Of a stretch of 64,000 bases of DNA, positions 46,239 to 55,970 are shown piece after piece. The first letter of the stretch is position 1. Every line of letters begins with the position of its first letter. A program made the position numbers and the translations under genes. The notes under the pieces are model-generated. The model worked only from the letters and a program-made list of their open reading frames with translations, did no database searches and was not told the DNA's origin. Source of the DNA: an uncultured Candidatus Saccharibacteria bacterium (GTDB lineage: Bacteria; Patescibacteriota; Doudnabacteria; UBA920); contig CAZLNP010000004.1 of the NCBI GenBank assembly GCA_964561085.1, positions 15,580 to 79,579 on the forward strand, written 5' to 3'.

Positions 46239-47318
46239 ATGAAACCAGGATTTATCAAAATATTAGAAGAGTACGATGCGCTAACCGAGCAGATGAGTTC
46301 GGGTGGCGATTTTGATATGGCTAAAGTTGGTCGCCGTCAGGTGGAACTTTTACCAACAGTTGAAAAAATCCAAAGTTTGCAATCAGCGGAAAAACAGATT
46401 GAAGAGAATAAACAGTTACTAGATAGCGATGATGAAATGATGCGCAACATGGCTGCGGAAGACATTGAAATGTTGGAGAGTAAAATCATTGAATTAACAG
46501 ATAAAATTGAAGTTGAACTGATTCCAAAAGATGAGCACGATGATAAAAATATTATCATTGAAATGCGTGCTGGTGCTGGTGGCGATGAATCAACTCTGTT
46601 CTCTGCAGAAATGTTCCGCGGTTATGGTAAATATGCAGAAGCAAATGGATGGACTGTCCACATTGTTTCTAGCTCCAAAAGTGAAGCTGGTGGATTCAAA
46701 GAAATTATCTTTGAAGTAAAAGGACGAGCTGGGTCAAATGGAACAACTGGTGGCCCATACAGCAAATTTAAATACGAATCTGGCGTGCACCGCGTCCAAC
46801 GTGTTCCAGAAACTGAAAAGCAAGGACGCGTGCACACATCAACAATTACAATTGCAGTAATGCCTGAGTTAGAAGAAAAAGATTATTCGATTGAAATGAA
46901 GGATTTGAAGATTGAAGCGACTACTAGCTCTGGTGCTGGCGGACAGAGTGTTAACACCACATATAGTGCTATCCGCATTGTACATATTCCTACTGGAATT
47001 GTTGCCACTTGTCAGGATGAACGTTCGCAAGCGCAGAATAAAGAAAAAGCTTTGGCTGTAATTCGTTCTCGTGTTGCTGCTCATTTCCGGGAAATTGAAG
47101 AAAAGAAAATTACCGATAACCGCCGCAGTCAAATTGGTACTGGTGACAGAAGCGAAAAAATTCGCACCTATAACTTCCCACAAGATCGTGTTACAGATCA
47201 TCGCATCAACCAAAACTTCAACCAGATTAACTTGATAATGGAAGGTCAGTTCGAACCTATCATTTCCGCGCTGCAAGTAGCTGATTTGGAAATGCGTCGA
47301 GCCGCGATTGCCGACTAA
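46239..47318 (+). CDS. prfA: Peptide chain release factor 1
   Basis: GGQ motif (SGAGGQSVNTTYSAIRIVHIPTGIV), a PxT-type tripeptide (PET) and the RF-1 domain organisation. Confidence 0.9.
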   Translation: MKPGFIKILEEYDALTEQMSSGGDFDMAKVGRRQVELLPTVEKIQSLQSAEKQIEENKQLLDSDDEMMRNMAAEDIEMLESKIIELTDKIEVELIPKDEHDDKNIIIEMRAGAGGDESTLFSAEMFRGYGKYAEANGWTVHIVSSSKSEAGGFKEIIFEVKGRAGSNGTTGGPYSKFKYESGVHRVQRVPETEKQGRVHTSTITIAVMPELEEKDYSIEMKDLKIEATTSSGAGGQSVNTTYSAIRIVHIPTGIVATCQDERSQAQNKEKALAVIRSRVAAHFREIEEKKITDNRRSQIGTGDRSEKIRTYNFPQDRVTDHRINQNFNQINLIMEGQFEPIISALQVADLEMRRAAIAD

Positions 47319-47331
47319 TCTAAATTTCTAA

Positions 47332-48165
47332 ATGACAATCTCAGAACTACTCAAAAAGTATTCTACCCATGAATTGGGCAATGAAATAGAAATTCTCCTT
47401 GGCCACGTTTTAGGACAATCCAAGGAGTTTTTGTATATGAATGGTGACTATGTTTTGACTGCAACAGAAGCAAAGAGAATTGAGGAATTAGCTGAAGAGC
47501 GCATTGAAAAAGAAACACCTATCGCCTATCTTACTGGTTATAAGAATTTTTACGGACTTAATTTTAAAGTTAATAAGAATGTTCTTATCCCGCGCCCGGA
47601 AACTGAGTGGATAGTAGATGAATCTCTGAGAATTCTAGCTAAGAAGCAAAAGGTATCTGGACGAAAAACCTTACGGGTGTTAGATGTTGGAACAGGCTCA
47701 GGAGCTATTGCTGTCAGCATTGCGTTTAACTCTGATGCTTCCAAAGTACAAGTCTTTGCCTCTGACATTTCTGACAAAGCACTAAGTGTTGCAAAGCGAA
47801 ATGCACTGGCAGCTAAAGCCAATATTACTTTCTATAAAGCTGGCTTACTTTCTGGACTAAAGGGAAAGTTCGATATAATTATTGCTAATCTACCTTATGT
47901 CCCAGAATCAGATTACAAAAAGTTATACGAAAATTTAAAACACGAACCCAAGCTCGCACTAAGTGATGGAACTGACGATTTTGTATTAATAAAAAAACTG
48001 GTTAATCAATTACGAACTCATCTAAACAAAGATGCGATAGTACTCTTAGAAATAGACCCTAAGGCAAGTGATATGAAAGCAAACGGTTTCAAAAAGACTG
48101 TAATTAAAGATTTCAAGGGGTTAGACAGATTCATAAAACTATCCTTGACTAAGCGAACAAAGTAA
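47332..48165 (+). CDS. prmC: Release factor glutamine N5-methyltransferase (PrmC/HemK)
   Basis: Motif I VLDVGTGSGAIAV and the NPPY-type motif (IIANLPYV). Immediately downstream of prfA. Confidence 0.85.
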   Translation: MTISELLKKYSTHELGNEIEILLGHVLGQSKEFLYMNGDYVLTATEAKRIEELAEERIEKETPIAYLTGYKNFYGLNFKVNKNVLIPRPETEWIVDESLRILAKKQKVSGRKTLRVLDVGTGSGAIAVSIAFNSDASKVQVFASDISDKALSVAKRNALAAKANITFYKAGLLSGLKGKFDIIIANLPYVPESDYKKLYENLKHEPKLALSDGTDDFVLIKKLVNQLRTHLNKDAIVLLEIDPKASDMKANGFKKTVIKDFKGLDRFIKLSLTKRTK

Positions 48166-48227
48166 ATTACAATTCGCTCAAAGTAGTACCGAGACTAAGT
48201 TTTCAAATGGAGGTAAAGGTAATCATG

Positions 48228-48626
48228 CCAAGATTCATCTTTGCGTTAATGTTCGTGATAGCTGGTGCAAACATTTTGAACCCTTCCTTTAAAGATCGAT
48301 ACCATATTGTTCTACCAGAGTTTTTGAACGATGGGACGACCCTTCTTTTCTTCGGAGGTTTCCTGTTCCTATACGGACTCAGAATTGCCATAAAAGGTTG
48401 GCCAGATATACAGAAGGGTTACCAACTGTTTATTCTAGGTCCACTGATTGTAATTTGCTGCGAGTTAGTAGTAATTATAGGAATTCTCTTAATCAAGGTG
48501 AATACAGGCTTCGCGCCACTGAACGCACTCTTTAGTGCTTTTGGCGTAAGCCTGTTTCTTGGAGGAATATCATACGCCGTTTTGCGTCGATGGAACGAAA
48601 GGACACAACTCCTATCAATCTACTAA
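48228..48626 (+). CDS. Hypothetical four-TM membrane protein
   Basis: A GGAGG Shine-Dalgarno sits 11 nt upstream of the 48228 ATG (MPRFIFALMF...). A hairpin terminator follows at about 48640-48700. Confidence 0.5.
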   Translation, partial: PRFIFALMFVIAGANILNPSFKDRYHIVLPEFLNDGTTLLFFGGFLFLYGLRIAIKGWPDIQKGYQLFILGPLIVICCELVVIIGILLIKVNTGFAPLNALFSAFGVSLFLGGISYAVLRRWNERTQLLSIY

Positions 48627-48702
48627 AGCAAAAAGGTGCTGAGCATACAAAAAGCCGATCGTCTGGAGGAACGATCGGCTTTTATCTTTTACTATGAGAA
48701 AG

Positions 48703-49368
48703 TTATTCTTTCTTATCTTCAGTTTTAGCTTCTGCTTCAGGTTCAGCACCAACAGCAGCAGCTACTGCAGCAGCTTCATCAACAACATTGTTAGCTTCTT
48801 CAGCTTCCATGTCGCGTGGAGGTTGTACAGCGGCGATCATTTCATCTGGTTCAGCTTTAATTTCAACTTTGTCAGAAACCACAATATCTTTAACTAGAAT
48901 TTGCTTATCAAAAGTATCAAGTACAGAGATATCGACTTCAAAGTGTGCTGGCAAGTCACCAGGCAAACATTCTACTTCAACTTCATTCAAAGCTTTTACA
49001 AGAGTTCCACCCAAAGCTTTAACAGCATGAGCTTCACCGATAAATTCGATTTGAACAGTTGCAGTCAATTTTTCTTTCAAGTTAACTTCGTAGAAGTCAA
49101 CGTGAATTGGTTGACTAGATAAATAGTGACGTTCTACGTCTTGGATCAAAACGTTGCGAACATCGCCACCAGGTAACTGTAGTTCGATAACTGTGCTTTC
49201 ACCAGCCTTACGAAGTACTTTTTCGAACTCAATTTGATTAACGCTCAAATGAGTATTCGCTACGCTATTACCATATAGTTCGACCGGGATCAAACCTTGG
49301 CGGTATAACGCTTTAGCAGTGCGAGTGTTAATCTCTCGTGCTTCAGATTTTAATTGAACTTTTTCCAT
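48703..49368 (-). CDS. rplY: 50S ribosomal protein L25 / general stress protein Ctc form
   Basis: N-terminal L25 beta-barrel region (LKSEAREINTRTAKALYRQGLIPVELYG) plus a Ctc-type C-terminal domain and an acidic tail. Confidence 0.85.
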   Translation of the reverse strand: MEKVQLKSEAREINTRTAKALYRQGLIPVELYGNSVANTHLSVNQIEFEKVLRKAGESTVIELQLPGGDVRNVLIQDVERHYLSSQPIHVDFYEVNLKEKLTATVQIEFIGEAHAVKALGGTLVKALNEVEVECLPGDLPAHFEVDISVLDTFDKQILVKDIVVSDKVEIKAEPDEMIAAVQPPRDMEAEEANNVVDEAAAVAAAVGAEPEAEAKTEDKKE

Positions 49369-49402
49369 ATCTAAATTCCATATCTAAAATTAATACCCTG
49401 AT

Positions 49403-49431
49403 ATTCTACCAAATAACCAGGAATTTTGCAA
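49403..49431 (-). promoter_or_regulatory. Promoter for rplY: TTGCAA, 17-nt spacer, TAGAAT on the minus strand
   Basis: Direct read of the reverse complement. Confidence 0.5.
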
Positions 49432-49446
49432 GGGCGCTAAAGCCCT

Positions 49447-49812
49447 CTACTTATGAGCTTTTAAAGCTTTAATAAAGTCTCCATTAAACGATTTTAAGCT
49501 CTTATGGACAGTTATACAGTCATCTACGCCTATAGCCTCAAGCTCGCTGAATTTATCGCTATCTTTACTAGTTAGGTCAGTTTTTGCAATTACTGTAAAT
49601 ATATCTGGCCCATTTATATCTATATTGAACATTACTGAACTTTTGCACTTTGCACAGTCAGAATGAATAAGCAGACGGGCATCAGCTGTTTCTGTGTCGG
49701 TATCACTGTCTAGAATTTTAATATTTGAAAAGTCGTATTTTGCATTACAAACTGGGCAATGCAGCATGAATCCTAACCATGATAGTACTTTTTTCAAATC
49801 GAATTTTTTCAT
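49447..49812 (-). CDS. Hypothetical protein with a CxxC...CxxC zinc-ribbon-like N-terminus (121 aa)
   Basis: CPVCNAKYD and CAKCKSS pairs. No other recognizable motif. Confidence 0.4.
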   Translation of the reverse strand: MKKFDLKKVLSWLGFMLHCPVCNAKYDFSNIKILDSDTDTETADARLLIHSDCAKCKSSVMFNIDINGPDIFTVIAKTDLTSKDSDKFSELEAIGVDDCITVHKSLKSFNGDFIKALKAHK

Positions 49813-49853
49813 ATATTTTGTGCTATTTCTTAACTTGATTATACACCGCTAAA

Positions 49854-50966
49854 TTAGAAACGCAAAGCTTTGGACTGGCGCGCTACGTTTTGGGCAATCC
49901 CCAATGCAATACAAGTCACCATTAACGAGCTTCCACCGTAAGAAATGAATAGAAGTGGGATCCCGGTCACTGGTAAAAGTCCTAAATTAATACCGATGTT
50001 GGCGCACACCTGGATGACAAAAAGGAAAAATATACCACCAGTTATGTACATGGCGAGGTCATCACGGGCGTAACGCATTATGCGAATTAGTCTTGTAAAG
50101 AGCACGAAGAACAAAGTTAAAATTACACTCGTCCCTGCGAAACCGATTTCTTCGGCTGCCGACGCGAAAATAAAGTCAGTTTGTCTTTCGGGTAAGAACT
50201 TTAACTGACTCTGCAAACCTCGACCTAACCCACGCCCAAACATTTCCCCGCTTCCAACTGCAATAATAGCTTGGCGAACATTGTAACCTTTTCCTTTTGG
50301 ATCTTTATCCGGATTCAAAAATACTTCAACACGATTCTTCTGGTAGTCTTTGAGCAAAAATTGCCAGGATGCTCCAGCAAAAACCAACGCAAAGATTACA
50401 AAAATTACTATATAATACTTTTTCAAAGGGCTAATTAGCATCATTCCAAACCAAATTCCCATTACGATAACTGCGGAACCAAGGTCTGGTTCTAAGAAAA
50501 TTAAAGTTGCGGGAATTGCTGTGTATAAAAAAGTAGTGCCGAAATTCTTCCAGGTGTTAATCTGTCCACGATTTAAATACAACCAACGAGCTAATCCAAG
50601 AATAATAATTATTTTTGCTAACTCAGCTGGTTGCAAGTTAAAGAAACCTAATTCAATCCAACCACTAGCACCACGGATTGGATCTCCAAAAACTAATAGG
50701 TATATAAGAGAAAGAATCAAAATTATATATGCAATACGATTTAATTTCGCTAGTTTGTGGTAGTTGTAAGAAGCAAAAAGCAAAAATAAAATTATTCCAC
50801 CAATAGAAAAGATAAGCTGACGATAGAAAATCTCCATGGTATCACCCGATACAGAAACAGCATATTGCAATGCCAAACCAATCAAAAGCAATAAGCCGCT
50901 GACGATAAGCAGCGGCACATCAAAATATTTTAGTTTTTGGAAAAAGGGTACTGTAGCCTGAGGCAT
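49854..50966 (-). CDS. Second SEDS-family protein (RodA/FtsW-like)
   Basis: Ten-TM protein with SEDS motifs (GASGWIELG, PLLFISYGGSS). A paralog of the ftsW at 2169-3266. Confidence 0.8.
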   Translation of the reverse strand: MPQATVPFFQKLKYFDVPLLIVSGLLLLIGLALQYAVSVSGDTMEIFYRQLIFSIGGIILFLLFASYNYHKLAKLNRIAYIILILSLIYLLVFGDPIRGASGWIELGFFNLQPAELAKIIIILGLARWLYLNRGQINTWKNFGTTFLYTAIPATLIFLEPDLGSAVIVMGIWFGMMLISPLKKYYIVIFVIFALVFAGASWQFLLKDYQKNRVEVFLNPDKDPKGKGYNVRQAIIAVGSGEMFGRGLGRGLQSQLKFLPERQTDFIFASAAEEIGFAGTSVILTLFFVLFTRLIRIMRYARDDLAMYITGGIFFLFVIQVCANIGINLGLLPVTGIPLLFISYGGSSLMVTCIALGIAQNVARQSKALRF

Positions 50967-50976
50967 AAAATTTTAT

Positions 50977-51870
50977 TTAAAATCCAAATCCGTCGTTACT
51001 ATTCGTGTTGTTGTTTACTGGAACATTAGTATCGACTGTTATGTTCAATGGGTCCATCGCATTAGTCACTGGAATTACTTGGACTTTCTTTACCTGAGTG
51101 CGATACAACCCTGGCCATAATTGTTTGTAAGCCCTACGGCCATACGGCACAAGCCTAGATTCATCTCTTTGGCTGACGCCTATAATCTTATCGTTATCAC
51201 CGTACAACAAGAATACTATTCTTGCGGTAGAAATTTGATAAGGACTGTCGTTAATTATTGACCCTTCAGCGATGAAAGTTAGAGGGTTTGATTCATCATA
51301 CAAAAGCGGTTCAGAAGCACGCAACTTTACTTCGGGAATATTAATTTTCTTTTGCCACTTCACGTTGTCTAAAGTAACACTGCCGGAAGCTACGGCACTA
51401 GAACCGCTTTCTATTCTGGCGAAGACTAAATATTTTTTTTCATTTGCAGATAAATATAGTGTCCCGTTTGTTGAATAAATGGTTTTCTTAGAGGCATCTT
51501 GGAAAGTTGCAGTGTAAGTAATCCCTGTCGCTCCTAAATCTAGATTAGGATTACTAACCAAAACTACTCCACTGTAAGTGTTGTTAGGGTTTTTAATTAT
51601 AGTCATATCGCCCACCACTGGCGCCTGAGATGTTTGAAAAGCCGCCTGAGCAGAAAGAGCTTCACGACCATACTTCTGAGCCAAAAACTGCTCAGTGCCA
51701 AACCTTGCAATCAAAAAAGTAGGAATAATTGCTATCGCAAGAGACAGGACTAAAATTCTTTTCCAGTTTGGTAAATTATTTAACTGGGTGACAAAGGAAA
51801 AACCGCCTTCTTGGGCGCCTAATATAGCGCCTTCCACGTTAACTTGAATTGTCTCTTTTATGCCTGACAT
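50977..51870 (-). CDS. Hypothetical bitopic membrane protein (N-in, large extracytoplasmic domain)
   Basis: Single TM (ILVLSLAIAIIPTFLIA) after a ~35-aa cytoplasmic N-terminus. An 11-nt gap to the SEDS gene suggests an operon. Confidence 0.45.
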   Translation of the reverse strand: MSGIKETIQVNVEGAILGAQEGGFSFVTQLNNLPNWKRILVLSLAIAIIPTFLIARFGTEQFLAQKYGREALSAQAAFQTSQAPVVGDMTIIKNPNNTYSGVVLVSNPNLDLGATGITYTATFQDASKKTIYSTNGTLYLSANEKKYLVFARIESGSSAVASGSVTLDNVKWQKKINIPEVKLRASEPLLYDESNPLTFIAEGSIINDSPYQISTARIVFLLYGDNDKIIGVSQRDESRLVPYGRRAYKQLWPGLYRTQVKKVQVIPVTNAMDPLNITVDTNVPVNNNTNSNDGFGF

Positions 51871-51932
51871 ATGGTTGTGTTATGATAAATTCAGATTACT
51901 CTAATTATACCAAAAATACAGCTCTATTCATA

Positions 51933-54900
51933 ATGTTTACCCACCTCCACTGCCATTCTCATTATTCACTTTTAGACGGTCTTTCGAAAGTACCGGATTT
52001 AGTTGCGGCCGCAAAGGCAGACGGTCAGACAAGCATAGCCATTACTGACCATGGCGTTATGTACGGTGCGGTCGACTTCTTTAACGAGTGTAATGCTGCT
52101 GAAATAAAACCAATAATTGGTGTTGAGGCATACATTGCACCACGCTTAATGACCGACAAAGATGGCAAAAGCGATGCAGACTACTTTCACATGACCCTGT
52201 TAGCTGAAAACTACGAGGGCTATTTGAACTTAATGAAGCTGACTACAATAGCGCACGTAGAAGGCTATTACTACAAACCTAGAATTGACCTACCTACTTT
52301 AAAAAAGCATGCAAAAGGATTAATAGCTCTTTCGGGTTGTCCACGAGGACATATTCCCCGAGCGTTCGAGAAAAGCGCCAAAGATGATAGCAGTGCTGCC
52401 GAAGAGCAGTTAAAGATCATGCTCGATATTTTTGGAAAAGATAATTTCTTTTTGGAACTACAACGAAATTCAAATCATGGTGAAGAACTACAACCAAACG
52501 ATAAATTAATTGCGTTAGGTAAAAAGTTTGGCGTCCCTGTAGTTGCAACTCAAGATTGCCACTACATAAATAAAGATGATGCCGAAGCTCAAGACATAAT
52601 GGTTTGTATAGGCACAGGCCGAACTCAGCAAGAAGAAAAAAGGCTAGACATGCGTGGGCATGACTTGAGTCTAAGCACCACCAAGGAAATGGAAGAAAAG
52701 TTTGCAGACATTCCAGAAGCAATTTCTAACACCCAAGTTATTGCGAATAGATGCGATGTAAAGATCCCAATTGGTCAAAGGTTGTTTCCAGAAGTTAAAT
52801 TACCAGCAGGAAAAACTTCCGAAGAACACTTAAGAGATGTTGTGTATGAACTATCCCCGCCTCTCTACGCCGCAGAAGATGGAAAGATTCCAACTGAAAT
52901 TCAAGAACGAATCGATTACGAATTAGATATTATTAACTCTAAAGGATTTGCTCCTTACTTTTTAATGGTGGCTAATATTGTTCGAGGTGCTCACAAATTA
53001 GGGGCAGTAACCAATACTAGAGGGAGTGCTGCGGGCTCCATTGTTGGGAAAATCCTTGCGATTACAAACGTAGACCCACTTTACTATGAATTGCCTTTCG
53101 AGCGCTTCTTAACCAAGCATCGCCCAACCCCTCCAGATATTGACCTGGATATTGCTGATGACAGACGCGATGAAGTTATTGCCTGGATGACCAATGAATA
53201 CGGGCACGACAAAGTCGCTCAGATTATTACTTTTGGAACGATGAAAGCGCGTGCGGTAGTTCGAGATGTAGGAAGAGCGCTAGCGATTCCATATGGTAAA
53301 TGTGATCGTATTGCCAAAATGATTCCACTCGGTAAGCAAGGTTTTGAAATGACTTTAGACAAAGCGATTGGGTTGAGCGAGGAACTTAAAACCATTTATG
53401 AAACCGATGAAGAAACAAGACGGATAATTGATATTGCCAAGAAGCTAGAAGGTTGTGTTCGCCATGCTTCAATTCATGCTGCAGGAATCATCATTACTCC
53501 AACTCCACTAATAGACAACATTCCACTGCAGAAAGAATCAGATGGGGAACGTCTCATTACGCAGTACGACATGTATGCTCTTGATGAAAACATGCAGAGC
53601 AATGCCATCGGTGCTATTAAATTGGATTTACTGGGAATTCGCAATCTTTCTATTTTAGAAAAAGCGGTGAAGTTAATTAAGCTTCGTCACGGCATCGACA
53701 TTGATATTGGCAATCTCCCCCATCCTGATCCAAAAACTTTTGAAATGCTTTCTAAGGGTCTGACTTTTGGAGTTTTTCAACTTGGTTCATCTGGCATGAC
53801 ACGCTACTTAAAAGAACTAAGACCTAGCACTATTTTCGATATTTCAGCGATGGTTGCTTTGTATCGTCCAGGGCCAATGCAATTTATTCCAGACTATATT
53901 GCGCGTAAACATAATGCCAAACTTATTTCCTACTTGGATCCTGAATTAGAAAGAATCCTTAGTCGTACATATGGTATTTTGGTTTATCAAGATGACCTTT
54001 TGATAATCGCTCACGACCTTGCTGGATACACCTGGGAAGAAGTCGACAAATTCCGTAAAGCGGTAGGTAAAAAAATCCCAGAAGAGATGGCTAAGCAAAA
54101 GGAGAAGTTTATTCAAGGATGCGTTAAAACTTCTGGTTGGAGCGAAGCAAAAGCCACTCAAATTTGGACATGGATCGAACCTTTTGCTGCCTATGGATTC
54201 AACAAATCTCACTCTGCTAGCTATGCGCTTGTGGGCTATCAAACCGCTTATTTAAAAGCTAATTACGCCGTTGAGTTTATGGCTGCTGTGATGACTGCAG
54301 AGAGTGGAGATGAAGAAAAAATCTATGCAGCCGTTGAAGAATGTAAAAAAATGGGTATCGCTGTTTTGCCGCCAGACGTAACTGAAAGCTACGGCGACTT
54401 TACAGTAATTGATGAGTATACGATCCGTTTTGGCTTGCGTGCAATTAAGAATTTGAGCTCAGAAGTTGTTAGGAAAATTATTGATTGTCACAAAGAAGGA
54501 ATTAAGTTTGAAAGCTTAGAACATTTTCTTACAGAGAGCTACACAAAAAGTTTCAACAAGCGCTCCTGGGAAGCACTGGCTAAAGCGGGTGCTCTAGATA
54601 GATATGGCGACCGTGCTCAGTTGTTAGCCAACACTGAACGGGTATTAGATTTTCTTCGCGAACATTTTAGGCAAGATAACATTGGTCAAAGTTCTTTGTT
54701 TGGAGCAAGCATGCAAATTGGCAAACTTCAGTTGAAAAACGATGCTCAGCCTGCCAGTACAGAAGAAAAATTAGGTTGGGAAAAAGAGCATCTTGGGTTG
54801 TTTGTATCCGCTCATCCTTTAGATGCCTATCGAAATGTGCTAAAGGGATTTACACCAATAATTAATGTTCCCAACATTAACGACGGCCAAGCTGTATTAA

Positions 54901-55409
54901 TCGGTGGAATCATTTGTAAATACAAAAGAACTCTGACTAAGAAAAATGATCCGATGGCATTTTTCTCAATTCAAGACTTATCTGGAACTACAGAAGTTTT
55001 AGTTTTCCCTAAAGTTATGTTGCAGGCTCTCCCTTTCTTAGATATGGATAGAATTGTACAAGTGAAAGGTAGGATCTCGGACAAAGACGGTGAAAGAAAG
55101 ATTATTGCAGAGGAAATTAAAGATATTGTTAGTGATGAACTTTACACCATGGCTCTTTCTGAAATGGAAAAGAACAAACAAATTGTTATTCACATGCATA
55201 ACATTCACAACACTGAGGCATTGAATCAAATTAAGGATTTACTGATTGCCAATCCTGGTAATGCGCAGGTCTATTTAAGTGTAGGAAGTGCGGGGGCAAG
55301 CAAAACCATAAAAACTCAATCGCAAATTAGAGTAAGTAAAGAGCTACTGCAGAAGCTTCGTGATGTCCCTGACGTTGTTACTATTACAGATTCAATTTCC
55401 GATTCTTAG
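51933..55409 (+). CDS. dnaE: DNA polymerase III alpha subunit
   Basis: PHP domain start (MFTHLHCHSHYSLLDG), the pol-beta-like catalytic core and a C-terminal OB fold. The start is set at the internal Met to match the canonical N-terminus and avoid the upstream gene. Confidence 0.95.
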   Translation: MFTHLHCHSHYSLLDGLSKVPDLVAAAKADGQTSIAITDHGVMYGAVDFFNECNAAEIKPIIGVEAYIAPRLMTDKDGKSDADYFHMTLLAENYEGYLNLMKLTTIAHVEGYYYKPRIDLPTLKKHAKGLIALSGCPRGHIPRAFEKSAKDDSSAAEEQLKIMLDIFGKDNFFLELQRNSNHGEELQPNDKLIALGKKFGVPVVATQDCHYINKDDAEAQDIMVCIGTGRTQQEEKRLDMRGHDLSLSTTKEMEEKFADIPEAISNTQVIANRCDVKIPIGQRLFPEVKLPAGKTSEEHLRDVVYELSPPLYAAEDGKIPTEIQERIDYELDIINSKGFAPYFLMVANIVRGAHKLGAVTNTRGSAAGSIVGKILAITNVDPLYYELPFERFLTKHRPTPPDIDLDIADDRRDEVIAWMTNEYGHDKVAQIITFGTMKARAVVRDVGRALAIPYGKCDRIAKMIPLGKQGFEMTLDKAIGLSEELKTIYETDEETRRIIDIAKKLEGCVRHASIHAAGIIITPTPLIDNIPLQKESDGERLITQYDMYALDENMQSNAIGAIKLDLLGIRNLSILEKAVKLIKLRHGIDIDIGNLPHPDPKTFEMLSKGLTFGVFQLGSSGMTRYLKELRPSTIFDISAMVALYRPGPMQFIPDYIARKHNAKLISYLDPELERILSRTYGILVYQDDLLIIAHDLAGYTWEEVDKFRKAVGKKIPEEMAKQKEKFIQGCVKTSGWSEAKATQIWTWIEPFAAYGFNKSHSASYALVGYQTAYLKANYAVEFMAAVMTAESGDEEKIYAAVEECKKMGIAVLPPDVTESYGDFTVIDEYTIRFGLRAIKNLSSEVVRKIIDCHKEGIKFESLEHFLTESYTKSFNKRSWEALAKAGALDRYGDRAQLLANTERVLDFLREHFRQDNIGQSSLFGASMQIGKLQLKNDAQPASTEEKLGWEKEHLGLFVSAHPLDAYRNVLKGFTPIINVPNINDGQAVLIGGIICKYKRTLTKKNDPMAFFSIQDLSGTTEVLVFPKVMLQALPFLDMDRIVQVKGRISDKDGERKIIAEEIKDIVSDELYTMALSEMEKNKQIVIHMHNIHNTEALNQIKDLLIANPGNAQVYLSVGSAGASKTIKTQSQIRVSKELLQKLRDVPDVVTITDSISDS

Positions 55410-55447
55410 CGCAACTGGCAAAATTAACCACTGCAACTATTTGAATT

Positions 55448-55475
55448 TTGACCTTTTTTAGGATTGCGCTATAAT
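55448..55475 (+). promoter_or_regulatory. Promoter: TTGACC, 16-nt spacer, TATAAT (a second TATAAT follows 5 nt later)
   Basis: Direct read. Faces thrS but is separated from it by a terminator and about 300 nt. Confidence 0.5.
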
Positions 55476-55482
55476 TAAAGTA

Positions 55483-55659
55483 TAATATCGAGTGTCGATG
55501 CGACTACCAACCGCGGAGCTTGAGTGAACTAAATAAAAAAGTCCCCATTCCAATAGTTGGAATCGGGAGAACCGGGACGGAATCGCCTAACTAAAATGGC
55601 CCTGGAAATCGCTACTTGAATTAAAACTCAAGTGTTGATTTCCAGGGCTATATTTTTTT
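55483..55659 (+). ncRNA. Candidate ~175-nt structured RNA or leader element of unidentified family
   Basis: Runs from the promoter to an intrinsic terminator (gccctggaaatc...gatttccagggc, then TATATTTTTTT at 55599-55659). There is a nested hairpin (gtcccc...attccaa-tag-ttggaat...gggac). The 5' segment cttgagtg can alternatively pair with actcaag inside the terminator loop, giving a possible antiterminator alternative. Confidence 0.35.
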
Positions 55660-55669
55660 CTAGCGCTAG

Positions 55670-55909
55670 CTAAAAAATTGTGACCGCTCTCCGAGCAAGA
55701 CGGTTTTGCTTCTTGCTATCAAAAATGTCGTCTGATCGGTTTGATGACTTCCAGGACATCGGTTGAACTGATCCGTCTCCACGACAGCTACTGCAACCAA
55801 AATGATTATCTCTATCTTGTGGACATCGGGATAGAACCCCGATAGGGTAATCATCACCAAAAACTAAACTTTTTTGCATTTCCGTTCCGGAAGCACCTGC
55901 ATCTGCCAT
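55670..55909 (-). CDS. Possible small Cys-containing protein (79 aa from the ATG; the ORF track extends to a TTG at 55915)
   Basis: ORF MADAGASGTEMQKSLVFGDDYPIGVLSRCPQDRDNHFGCSSCRGDGS... with GAAGGAG about 13 nt upstream of the ATG. The bidirectional terminator at 55599-55659 lies just downstream. No family recognized; it could be a spurious ORF inside the thrS 5' region. Confidence 0.25.
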   Translation of the reverse strand: MADAGASGTEMQKSLVFGDDYPIGVLSRCPQDRDNHFGCSSCRGDGSVQPMSWKSSNRSDDIFDSKKQNRLARRAVTIF

Positions 55910-55970
55910 AAGCAATTAACCACTCCTTCAATAAATTTACGAGTAATCATATTAACGAATTTTAACCAAT

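Noticed and set aside
55483-55665. T-box riboswitch for thrS
   Set aside because: I looked for the T-box consensus (AAUUAGGGUGGUACCGCGG), a Thr ACC/ACU specifier loop and the AGAGA/GNUGA stem-I motifs and found none. The terminator is also ~300 nt from the thrS start rather than immediately upstream.
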